From Nostoc punctiforme PCC 73102 (lineage in GTDB: Bacteria; Cyanobacteriota; Cyanobacteriia; Cyanobacteriales; Nostocaceae), in contig NC_010628.1 in NCBI RefSeq assembly GCF_000020025.1, forward strand, positions 360,001 to 392,000: 32,000 nt of DNA, read 5' to 3'. Numbering within the stretch: the first letter of the stretch is position 1; the number at the start of each line of letters is the position of its first letter. A program made the translations under genes and the position numbers. The notes beneath the pieces were generated by a model. It was not told the DNA's origin. It made no database searches and was given only the letters and a program-made list of their open reading frames with translations. Positions 1 to 8,685 of the stretch are shown piece after piece.

Positions 1-667
1 TGCAAATCTTAGGGTATCAGAACGTCTATTGATTCAAAATATTCAATTGCATGTATCATCTAGCGATCGCATAGCCATTGTCGGCGCAAATGGTTCTGGT
101 AAATCGAGTCTGGTAAAGGCTATTTTAGGAATGGAAAACCAAACAATAGTTTTGGACTCAGGTGAGGTTTTGCTTGCACCAGCAATGAAAGCTGTATATC
201 TCGATCAAACATACGAATTGGTAAATCGACAATACACAATTCTGGAAAATATGCAAGCGGCCAATCCTAGTCTCAGCTATCAGCTTTTGCGTCAACAGTT
301 GGGACACTTTCTCTTTAAATATGATGACGTTCAAAAAAGCGCCTCTGTCCTGAGCGGGGGTGAATTGGCAAGATTAGCGCTCGCTATGATCGGTATCTCA
401 GAAATCGATCTGTTGATTCTCGATGAGCCAACTAATAACCTAGATATTGAAACCGTTGAACAAATGGTAGTAGGTATCAATGACTATCAAGGAGCTATTT
501 GGGTCATTTCCCATGATTTCGATTTTCTCAGTCAGATTAACATTACTCAAAGTTTCAACTTAAAAGAGCAAGCCTTGCAAATTACAACTTATTTACCCAA
601 TACACCAGAACAATATTATCAAGAGTTAGTGAAATGTCATGATATATGTTATTCCCGATCGGTGTAG
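1..667 (+). CDS. ABC transporter ATP-binding protein, C-terminal nucleotide-binding domain (5' end off-window; ABC-F-like)
   Basis: Walker A GANGSGKS, ABC signature LSGGE, Walker B LLILDEPTNNLD, H-loop ISHD. The frame is open from base 2, so the TTG at 29 in the ORF track is probably internal rather than the start. Confidence 0.8.
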   Translation, partial: ANLRVSERLLIQNIQLHVSSSDRIAIVGANGSGKSSLVKAILGMENQTIVLDSGEVLLAPAMKAVYLDQTYELVNRQYTILENMQAANPSLSYQLLRQQLGHFLFKYDDVQKSASVLSGGELARLALAMIGISEIDLLILDEPTNNLDIETVEQMVVGINDYQGAIWVISHDFDFLSQINITQSFNLKEQALQITTYLPNTPEQYYQELVKCHDICYSRSV

Positions 668-807
668 CTGTCGCTTGTATGTCTGTCAACTCCGCGAATG
701 ATTGAATTGGCATATATTTCTAACTCTAAATCTCTAACTCTCCAGTAGAAGCCGTAAAGCATACAGGCAAGTTATAATTCTCTTGCGGATCAACGTAACA
801 AAAATTT

Positions 808-1134
808 ATGAGTAACCCACTAGTACAAGCCTTTTTCGTAGGCAGAGCAGTAGCCGAAGTAGTTAATGAGCGTTTAGAGGTCGCCTTGACCGATGCTTTG
901 AGCGATCTGGGCAAATTTGATGCAGAAGCTAGAGAGCAGTTGCGCCAGTTTACAGAAGAAGTCCTAGAGCGGGCAAATCGGTCAGCAGAAGCAGCTAATT
1001 CTGGTCAAGCTACTACAGGTAGTGGACAAACCAATTCTGATTCAGGTGACTTGCAAGCAGATATTGATGAATTACGAGCAGAAATTGCCTTGTTACGCAC
1101 AGAATTGCAACATTATCGCAGAACTTCTGCGTAA
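808..1134 (+). CDS. small hypothetical protein with coiled-coil-like C-terminus
   Basis: ATG-initiated 108-aa ORF with a heptad-like C-terminal segment ([19 protein letters not shown]). The overlapping antisense ORF 726..914 is shorter and compositionally poor. No family recognised from memory. Confidence 0.55.
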   Translation: MSNPLVQAFFVGRAVAEVVNERLEVALTDALSDLGKFDAEAREQLRQFTEEVLERANRSAEAANSGQATTGSGQTNSDSGDLQADIDELRAEIALLRTELQHYRRTSA

Positions 1135-1140
1135 ATTTTA

Positions 1141-1204
1141 GTCATTGGTCATTGGTCATTGGTCATTGGTCGAAAATTACTCACAAATGACAAATGACAA
1201 ATGA
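1141..1204. repeat. STRR-type heptamer arrays in inverted orientation: 4x GTCATTG (contains the TTGGTCA unit), 12-nt spacer, 3x CAAATGA
   Basis: Read directly from the sequence. Starts 6 nt after the stop of 808..1134. The two arms are nearly complementary, with one mismatch per heptamer. Confidence 0.9.
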
Positions 1205-1250
1205 CACTTATGAAAAAACAGTTTAGGAATCAGAGTGTCTTCTTTTTCAA

Positions 1251-2972
1251 GTGATTCGGTTGCAAACCAACGGTACACAAAAGGATATGGAACAAGGTTA
1301 TTCAGATAAGGCATACCGTTGGAATCGGGAAAAATACTCTAGCAGACGGCGTTTTGTGGACATTTGGTCTTTTGTCTTGACCTTATTGTTCAAACTTTGG
1401 CTATACAACAAATCTTGGAGTTATCCGGGTGGCGTGACTGAGGTAAAGCAAACTGCAAGACGCAAAACCCAAGCGGTCTGGATTCGCAATACTCTGCTGG
1501 ATTTAGGCCCAACCTTCATCAAAGTTGGGCAACTGTTTTCCACTCGTGCTGATATCTTCCCTGGTGAATATGTAGAAGAACTAGCCAAATTACAAGACAA
1601 AGTACCGGCATTTAGCTATGAGCAAGTAGAAGCGACCATTGAAAAAGAATTAGGCAAAAAAATTCCTGAACTCTTCGATAATTTTGAACCAATTCCCTTA
1701 GCTGCTGCTAGCTTGGGGCAAGTACACAAAGCTGTGCTGCATAGTGGGGAATCGGTTGTTGTTAAGGTGCAACGTCCTGGATTAAAGAAGTTATTTGAAA
1801 TAGATTTACAAATTCTCAAGGGAATTACTCGCTACTTTCAAAACCATCCTAAATGGGGACGTGGAAGAGATTGGTTAGGTATTTATGAAGAATGTTGTCG
1901 CATTCTTTGGGAAGAAATTGATTATCTTAACGAAGGTCGTAACGCCGATACTTTTCGCCGGAATTTTCGCGGCTACGATTGGGTGAACGTCCCAAGAGTA
2001 TATTGGCGTTATGCCAGTTCCAGGGTGCTGACTTTAGAATATCTCCCTGGAATTAAAATTAGCCAATACGAAGCTTTAGAAGCAGCCGGTTTGGATCGAA
2101 AGGCGATCGCTCGTCAAGGCGCTCAAGCTTACTTACTACAGTTACTCAATAGTGGTTTTTTCCACGCCGATCCTCACCCAGGCAATATTGCTATTAGTGC
2201 AAGTGGGGCTTTAATATTCTACGATTTCGGCATGATGGGGCGGATTAAATCCAACGTGCGCGAGGGACTGATGCAAACACTGTTTGGCATCGCTCAAAAA
2301 GATGGCGATCGCGTTGTGCAGTCTCTGATCGATTTAGGCGCGATCGCCCCAACCGATGATATGGGCCCAGTGCGGCGTTCCGTCCAGTACATGCTAGATC
2401 ATTTCATGGATAAGCCCTTTGAAAATCAGTCGGTGGCGGCAATCAGTGACGACCTTTATGAAATAGCTTATAATCAGCCATTTAGATTTCCAGCAACCTT
2501 CACTTTTGTGATGCGAGCCTTTTCTACCCTGGAAGGAGTAGGCAAAGGTTTAGATCCAGAGTTTAACTTTATGGAAGTTGCCAAACCTTATGCAATGCAG
2601 CTTATGACCGATATGAATGGTTCTGAGGGAAATACCTTTATAAATGAATTAAGTCGTCAAGCAGCTCAGGTAAGTAGTACTGCTTTTGGTCTACCACGTA
2701 GATTAGAGGATACGCTAGAAAAGCTAGAACGGGGAGATATGCGCCTCCGCGTTCGGTCTATAGAAACAGAACGGCTATTGCGGCGGCAAAGCAGTATTCA
2801 GCTCTCAATGAGCTATGCTCTGTTAATTACTGGTTTCACACTTTCAGCTACGATTTTAGTGGTTAGTAATTATGTATTGTGGGCACTAGTGCCTGGTTTA
2901 ATTGCACTAGGGATTTCAGTGATTCTGATCAGACTACTTTTGCGCCTTGACCGTTACGATCGTATGTATTAA
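1251..2972 (+). CDS. ABC1/UbiB (AarF) family atypical kinase with C-terminal transmembrane segments
   Basis: ABC1-family hallmarks: GPTFIKVGQLFSTRADIFP, AAASLGQVHKA, FFHADPHPGNI, FYDFGMMG. Hydrophobic C-terminus. The ORF-track start is GTG at 1251; the in-frame ATG at 1287 (MEQGYSDKAYRWNREKY) is the more likely start. Confidence 0.9.
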   Translation: MIRLQTNGTQKDMEQGYSDKAYRWNREKYSSRRRFVDIWSFVLTLLFKLWLYNKSWSYPGGVTEVKQTARRKTQAVWIRNTLLDLGPTFIKVGQLFSTRADIFPGEYVEELAKLQDKVPAFSYEQVEATIEKELGKKIPELFDNFEPIPLAAASLGQVHKAVLHSGESVVVKVQRPGLKKLFEIDLQILKGITRYFQNHPKWGRGRDWLGIYEECCRILWEEIDYLNEGRNADTFRRNFRGYDWVNVPRVYWRYASSRVLTLEYLPGIKISQYEALEAAGLDRKAIARQGAQAYLLQLLNSGFFHADPHPGNIAISASGALIFYDFGMMGRIKSNVREGLMQTLFGIAQKDGDRVVQSLIDLGAIAPTDDMGPVRRSVQYMLDHFMDKPFENQSVAAISDDLYEIAYNQPFRFPATFTFVMRAFSTLEGVGKGLDPEFNFMEVAKPYAMQLMTDMNGSEGNTFINELSRQAAQVSSTAFGLPRRLEDTLEKLERGDMRLRVRSIETERLLRRQSSIQLSMSYALLITGFTLSATILVVSNYVLWALVPGLIALGISVILIRLLLRLDRYDRMY

Positions 2973-2989
2973 TTGTTGCAAAAAAAATT

Positions 2990-3715
2990 ATGAAACTTAA
3001 TTTCACGGGTTTTAGCGATCCGGGACTTATTCGTTCTAATAATCAGGATGCTTACTATGTCGACCCAGAAGGGCGGTTTTTTGTTGTTGCCGATGGAATG
3101 GGTGGCCATGCTGGAGGTGAAGAAGCAAGTCGTATAGCCACTGAAGAAATTCAGGCGTATTTGCTGGCAAATTGGGAATCTTCTAAATCTTCTCAAGAAT
3201 TGCTAGAGCAAGCTTTGTGGGGTGCCAATGAAGCGATTTTGCAAGATCAGCAAAATCATCCCGAACGTGCCGATATGGGCACAACAGTTGTAGCAGTAAT
3301 TTTTCGTGCCCCAGAGTCGCCCTGGTGCGCTCATGTTGGTGATTCGCGGCTGTATCGCTTCCGAGAGTCGCACTTAGAACAGGTAACAGAAGACCACACT
3401 TGGGTAGCACGGGCAATCAAAATCGGTGACATAACTTTAGATGAAGCGCGATCGCATCCTTTTCGTCATGTATTATCGCGCTGTTTGGGACGTGAAGACT
3501 TGCATCAGATTGATGTGCAACCACTAGATGTAAAAGCTGGCGATCGCTTACTGTTATGTAGTGATGGTCTCACAGAAGAACTTGTTGAACAGAAGATTAC
3601 TAGCTGCCTCCAAAATGCTCCTTGGCTTGATAAAGCCGCCATCTCTCTAATTGAGGCTGCTAAGGAGCATGGAGGGCACGATAACATCACAGTTGTCATC
3701 GTCTCACTAGAATAA
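2990..3715 (+). CDS. PP2C-family (PPM) Ser/Thr protein phosphatase
   Basis: Motifs RSNNQDA, VADGMGGHAGGE, GDSRLY, LLCSDGL, HGGHDNITVV. Starts 17 nt after the ABC1 kinase stop, so co-transcription is likely. Confidence 0.9.
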   Translation: MKLNFTGFSDPGLIRSNNQDAYYVDPEGRFFVVADGMGGHAGGEEASRIATEEIQAYLLANWESSKSSQELLEQALWGANEAILQDQQNHPERADMGTTVVAVIFRAPESPWCAHVGDSRLYRFRESHLEQVTEDHTWVARAIKIGDITLDEARSHPFRHVLSRCLGREDLHQIDVQPLDVKAGDRLLLCSDGLTEELVEQKITSCLQNAPWLDKAAISLIEAAKEHGGHDNITVVIVSLE

Positions 3716-3718
3716 ATA

Positions 3719-3782
3719 GTCATTGGTCATTAATCGATGCTTAGTAACCTTAAATAAAGGACAACTGGCAAATGACAAATAA
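3719..3782. repeat. degenerate STRR heptamer pair (GTCATTG GTCATTA ... CAAATGA CAAATAA), same two-arm layout as 1141..1204
   Basis: Read directly from the sequence. Begins 3 nt after the PP2C stop codon. Confidence 0.75.
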
Positions 3783-4127
3783 CAATTCTGGTAGATATAC
3801 TCAGCAATTTGTTCAGTGTGAGCATTTTTAGTTTTTACAATTTGATACAAATATTTTTAGCCTCCAAAGTCACCTAATGAGGCTGAATTTGCATCAAATT
3901 GATAAATTGACATCTTGCACATAATAAGGTAAAGCGACTATAATTCACGCTTATTACCATTCATTCCCCAACCTCCTTAAAGTCCTAGCTTCCCAAGCTT
4001 CCTCCATATTTATTTGTGGAGATAGAGTATCTTATATTTTTCTCAAACAGGAAAACGTATAGGACTCAGGACAAAATCTGCTTATCTCCTCAAAAGAGAT
4101 TCAGTGCAAAGCAGAAACGGTTGAGAG

Positions 4128-4141
4128 GTAGTTATATCTAC
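4128..4141 (+). promoter_or_regulatory. candidate NtcA binding site (GTA-N8-TAC) with a TAN3T-type -10 (TATTTT, 4161-4166) upstream of nblA
   Basis: Exact GTAgttatatcTAC palindrome. TATTTT lies 19 nt downstream, 247 nt upstream of the nblA ATG. nblA is a known nitrogen-starvation gene. The motif alone could occur by chance. Confidence 0.4.
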
Positions 4142-4387
4142 ACTTCGTTCAAACAGAGCTTATTTTCCGGAATACAGCTCGGCTGACTTGGGTAGTATAT
4201 CAGCAGGATTAGGTGCAAGATATCATATCAAAAAAAATCCACACTTAGGATGTGGGCAACGTGTCAAACAATTGTTATCTTTCTTAATACGGAGGAACAA
4301 ATGGTGGACACATACAAGTCCAATTATTATCCCATTTGGACTTCTGCAAGCGATATCACCTTTATGCGTTTTTTTTCGGAGTTAACT

Positions 4388-4585
4388 ATGAACCAACCAA
4401 TGAAACTATCCTTGGAACAGCAATTCAGCATCTGTTCATTTGCCACTCAAGTACAGAATATGAGCCACGATCAAGCTAAAGACTTTTTAGTAAAGCTATA
4501 TGAGCAAATGGTAGTGCGCGAGGCAACTTATCAGGAGCTTCTTAAGCACCAGTGGGGCTTAGATTCCGGTTCCACTATGGCATAG
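4388..4585 (+). CDS. nblA: phycobilisome degradation protein NblA
   Basis: The 65-aa product MNQPMKLSLEQQFSICSFATQVQNMSHDQAKDFLVKLYEQMVVREATYQELLKHQWGLDSGSTMA matches NblA of filamentous cyanobacteria almost residue for residue, as far as I remember that sequence. GGAG lies 6 nt before the ATG. The 111-aa ORF-track entry (4250) is an upstream in-frame extension. Confidence 0.9.
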   Translation: MNQPMKLSLEQQFSICSFATQVQNMSHDQAKDFLVKLYEQMVVREATYQELLKHQWGLDSGSTMA

Positions 4586-5059
4586 AGTCGTTCTACTGTC
4601 GCAGTGGACGACCTCCTTCTCTTGCTTGGTTCCAAGGAGGAAAAGAGCTGGGGATGTCGGGGCGTCAACTTCGATAAACAATTCCAAAAGAGCAGCGCAA
4701 CAATTCAATTCACAAAATTAACTAACAACTAGTAAACTTTTCGAAGGCACATCTGCTGGAATCTAGACATAAATTTAGCTTTACAGACTAAACTTACTGC
4801 TCACTTGAGCAAAATTTTTTACTGTCTCTTTTGTCTAGTCTGAAAATTACACCTGCGTAAATTTACAATTTCCTACAATATGTATACAAGAATATTCAGA
4901 GAGAATTTAGACAGACCTGATTTGGCAGCTTGTGATTTCACTCTTTATACATATAACTAGAACTTACATCTTTATATATATTTTGTTTATAAAAGTTTAC
5001 ATTGTTTGAGTTAGCAACCCTTAACTACATGTATTACATATAATATTAAGAAATTATTC

Positions 5060-6613
5060 TTAGCTGGAAAGATCGTATGGAGAATCTGTATCAATGCTTT
5101 CCAGTTTTGCCAGAATTTGAGGCTTAATTTTTTCGTACTCGCTTTTGAGTAAGCTTTTACTCATTTGCGGGTCGGCAGTAGACATCAATGTGTTGCTCAT
5201 TGCGACCCACTCTTGCAGTCGTTGACGTTGGGCAGAAGCGACACTGGAAGGCAAGATGTGGGTACAGCGATTTGGTGTTTCTCGTGCAAAAAACAACAGA
5301 CGGTAGTAACCTGTGTGCTGTAATAACCGGGTAATTTCTTGACCAAGACTGGTTTTAAGATCGAGGTAGTAAGGTAACCATTTTGCACCATGCTTGCGGT
5401 TGTAGATGACAGTAATCCATAGCAACATGGGATGGGGAATAGAGATGAAAAGAAATTGGTTATAACGGGTACACAGTAAGCGCTTCTGAATTTCTTCTTG
5501 CGGTAGCATCACCCATAGCGCTGGTAAAACCTCCCCATTGCTGTGAATGGACTGAGGAAATACAATGTCGGCAATTGGTTTATTTTGGGGCCAGGAAATA
5601 GCGCGAGCGATTTCATCATTAGACAATGATGCCCGCAAATCGGCTTTAGTCTTCTGTTCAAGCTCAGGACTAGCCGTAGTAGCAGGAATTAGGGCATGGC
5701 TATCTTGCTTAACTTTGCGTGTATGCTCAGGTTTTTCTAGAGATGCTAGAACTCTCAGGATTTCAGTGATACTTTGGGGGCGATCGCGTGCTAGCTTCGC
5801 TAGACAACTCATCACCAAATTTTCGATTTCTTTTGGTAGTTCTAACCCAGGTGCAACCTCAGTAAAAGAACGTGGTTTTTGATAGTGATGTGTTTTATAC
5901 CATGCTCCAAAAGAATGGGTTTGTGCCACCAGTGGCATTTTGCCTGTGAGCATCTCAAACATCATTACACCCAAACTATAAATATCAGCACGGTTGTCTA
6001 ATTCCTTACCCTCCATCTGTTCGGGAGAAGAATAAGCCAATGTCCCCAAATAGAATTTTGTATGGTCGCCATCCGACTGTAATAACTTAGCAATACCAAA
6101 ATCTAAAACCTTGACCAATTCTCCGAAACTGGGATCTTGAATTACCAGCATATTGCTTGGCTTGACATCCCGATGGATAATTGGGCAAATTGTGCCCTCA
6201 ACTGGGATGCCATCATGAGCGCACTGTAACCCCAGACTGAGTTGACGCGCCATACTCAGAAATCTTGGTAAGGGCAGTCGTTGCTTACGAATAATATTGT
6301 TTAGGCTTTGTCCTTGTAGATATTCCATGACGTAGAACGGCGTGTTATTGTCATCTACGCCATAGTCCATAACTCGGACAATGTGGATACTTTTTTGCCC
6401 TAGTAAAGCACAGGTTTTTGCTTCTCGCTCAAAGCGGTCTTGCAATCGCATCTTTTCATTTTGAATTGATAGAGCGAGAAACTTAACCGCAACAGGTACA
6501 CCTCCCAACAAAGTATCTTTAGCACGATAAACTCGACCCATTGCTCCAGTACCGATTAACTCCTGGAGTTGGTAGCGTTTGCTGAGTAAGCGACCAATGT
6601 TGGGGTCTGACAT
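5060..6613 (-). CDS. Hanks-type Ser/Thr protein kinase with an uncharacterised C-terminal domain of about 180 aa
   Basis: Glycine loop GTGAMGRVY, VAVK lysine, catalytic HRDVKPSN, DFG, SPE. No TM segment or recognisable repeat in the C-terminal third. Confidence 0.9.
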   Translation of the reverse strand: MSDPNIGRLLSKRYQLQELIGTGAMGRVYRAKDTLLGGVPVAVKFLALSIQNEKMRLQDRFEREAKTCALLGQKSIHIVRVMDYGVDDNNTPFYVMEYLQGQSLNNIIRKQRLPLPRFLSMARQLSLGLQCAHDGIPVEGTICPIIHRDVKPSNMLVIQDPSFGELVKVLDFGIAKLLQSDGDHTKFYLGTLAYSSPEQMEGKELDNRADIYSLGVMMFEMLTGKMPLVAQTHSFGAWYKTHHYQKPRSFTEVAPGLELPKEIENLVMSCLAKLARDRPQSITEILRVLASLEKPEHTRKVKQDSHALIPATTASPELEQKTKADLRASLSNDEIARAISWPQNKPIADIVFPQSIHSNGEVLPALWVMLPQEEIQKRLLCTRYNQFLFISIPHPMLLWITVIYNRKHGAKWLPYYLDLKTSLGQEITRLLQHTGYYRLLFFARETPNRCTHILPSSVASAQRQRLQEWVAMSNTLMSTADPQMSKSLLKSEYEKIKPQILAKLESIDTDSPYDLSS

Positions 6614-7481
6614 AGAGAATTTGAATCCAAAAGCAGGTTGTAAGTGTTTAGGAGAAAAAGTGCATTCAAACTGATATCTGAATTATTGCGCCCAGAAATC
6701 ACTTTCTAGATTCGTACCATAAGCCAGAAAAAGAAGTCAAAAAGCAAAAAGCTTATAGGCTATGGGACGATTTCCAATCGTTGCTCTATCTACACAGTTC
6801 TGTGATAGTACACTGGGGTGGAAATTTGCCTACCTTTAACAAGAGGATTTTGCACAAGTCTTGTTAATTAAGATAGTAAGTAGATTTACGCAGTGTTATA
6901 CTAGCTTTTTATAGCCCACTTTTATAAGATTGCAGCCATCCTCTGGTAGTTGGCAACCGAGATGGTAATTACAGCTGGTGCAACATGCCAGAGCAAACAA
7001 GCAGAAAGAGTAGATAATAACGCTTCATATTATTTTGCACTTTAATTGTGTTGTAGTTTTAGTTTGCCCAATTTTGAGTAAATAGATAACTCTAGGATCT
7101 GCCAAAAACCTTAATTAGGAGCTACCACACTCACTACAGAGTTATGATAACTGAGTGATGAGCCAGGGTTTTGAATATCAATAAAGACATCAGGGAACGA
7201 GATGAGAGCTTCCTGTCTAGCTTTTATCAGCTCCAAGCTCTTGTGTCTTGTAAAAAGTACTCTAGTTTATTAGGATTTATAATTGTGATTTTTAGTGGTC
7301 AATGACTCACTACTAAAGTTTTACTCGACTAACACTTTCCTACTACCTCCAGCAAAACTTTCCTCTGCCTTTGTTTTGTTAATTAGGGATAATAACAGAT
7401 GCTTATTGCTTGACCAGGTTTTTAACCTTCAGACTTGTTCTACATAAAAATGTATTATTAATTCATGAAATTGTGATAGTA

Positions 7482-8495
7482 TTAATTGACGGGTTTTCGT
7501 TTTTTCTGTAGGTTATAAGACATATCAAAAACTAATTTATTACCCATTACGTAGTATTGCATTCGACGTTTGATAATATTGTTCAACCGGGAAATTAAAA
7601 AAGCAAAAAAATGCGGATTTTCCCTGATTTCTCTCAATGCTGTTAACCATTGTCTTTGCTTTACAGGCACTACAACTTTAAAGTAAGCTAGATGTTTTTT
7701 ATAGGATGCAAGATTATAAGATAAAGCAAGCATTAAATCTGGATTGTTTTTCACAACTTCTTGTTGCATGAAAGAATTAGTAGCTATGCAGTATTGATTT
7801 AGGCGTGATAATATGCTTTGACGTACAAGAGAAATAGGGCGTGAGCGGTAAAAATAATAGGGTTCTGGCACAATGAAAAAGCGAGCGCCATTGATTAGGC
7901 ATTTCACATCAAGCCAAAAATCTTCAGCTATGCTCACAGTTTCATCGTACAGAATGCCGTGCTTAACCAAAAATTCTCGTCTGAATATAGGCTTGCTTAA
8001 ACCAAAAGGCAACACTGGTTCTCCATAAACACCACTCTTTACAAGAGAAATGAGATCAATTTGGAGAGTTTCATCTATACATTCTCCACTTTCTTGAATA
8101 AATGTACTCCAAGGAGATGTTGCGCCATCATGGATTAAATAGAGATCGTCAGCAATCATATCTGCATTTGTTTTCTCTGCCTGCAACAGAAGTTTTTCTA
8201 ATCTTTCAGGAGTATACCAGTCATCTGAATCAAGAACAGCAACCCATTCTCCTTGGGCTGCTTTGATGGCACGATTACGTGCAGCAGAAACTCCAAGGTT
8301 TTGTTGATTAACTATTACTTTGAGGCGTTGGTCAGTAAAACTTTTAGCGACTTCTACAGTTTTATCACTTGAACCATCATCGACTATGATGACTTCAATA
8401 TCACTGAGCGTTTGCTCTAAGGCTGACTGTATCGCCTTCGCAATATAAGCTTCAGTATTGTAAGCAGGAATAATGACCGATACTTTAGGATTCAT
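7482..8495 (-). CDS. family 2 glycosyltransferase (GT2)
   Basis: VSVIIPAYN, VIIVDDGSSD, VLDSDD (DxD). The ATG at 8495 is preceded by AGGAG with 8-nt spacing, so the GTG at 8519 in the ORF track is probably not the start. The gene is visibly more AT-rich than its neighbours. Confidence 0.85.
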   Translation of the reverse strand: MNPKVSVIIPAYNTEAYIAKAIQSALEQTLSDIEVIIVDDGSSDKTVEVAKSFTDQRLKVIVNQQNLGVSAARNRAIKAAQGEWVAVLDSDDWYTPERLEKLLLQAEKTNADMIADDLYLIHDGATSPWSTFIQESGECIDETLQIDLISLVKSGVYGEPVLPFGLSKPIFRREFLVKHGILYDETVSIAEDFWLDVKCLINGARFFIVPEPYYFYRSRPISLVRQSILSRLNQYCIATNSFMQQEVVKNNPDLMLALSYNLASYKKHLAYFKVVVPVKQRQWLTALREIRENPHFFAFLISRLNNIIKRRMQYYVMGNKLVFDMSYNLQKKRKPVN

Positions 8496-8685
8496 AAAAC
8501 TGAACTCCTGATTACACACTTAGGCAAAAATCTTAAGATTATGAAGATAAGTTTGATAACTTCTTTTTTACTATACAACTAAGTAGTCGGCAGGGCAAAC
8601 GCATCTAAAATTACTCTTGATCGCAACCAACATTAAGAGGCAACGAAAAATAAGCATTTTTTCGTTTGGTTTAGTTTCTAAGAAT

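Noticed and set aside
773-778. TATAAT hexamer 30 nt upstream of the 808 ATG
   Set aside because: There is no acceptable -35 at 17-18 nt spacing. A lone TATAAT in AT-rich DNA is weak evidence.
726-914. 62-aa minus-strand ORF overlapping the start of 808..1134
   Set aside because: Ser/Thr/Lys/Ala-rich low-information sequence. It overlaps a better ORF with an ATG start and is most likely a shadow ORF.
4166-4171. TCCGGA hexamer (DIF1-like heterocyst promoter motif) upstream of nblA
   Set aside because: A 6-mer is expected by chance every few kb. The spacing to the nearest -10-like element (TAGTAT, 4193) is about 21 nt, which is not convincing.
4188-4385. 65-aa + ORF, and the 4250 start of the 111-aa ORF upstream of nblA
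   Set aside because: Both are alternative-start calls in the nblA leader. The NblA homology begins at the ATG at 4388. Only the 4301 ATG with its SD seemed worth flagging, and it is reported separately.
5197-5882. ORFs 5197..5391 (-) and 5565..5882 (+) inside the Ser/Thr kinase gene
   Set aside because: They lie in an alternative frame or antisense to a gene with clear kinase motifs, and neither has motifs of its own.
6876-6889. Second GTA-N8-TAC (NtcA-like) palindrome in the kinase/GT2 spacer
   Set aside because: No properly spaced TAN3T -10 on either strand. Several such matches are expected by chance in 32 kb of AT-rich DNA.
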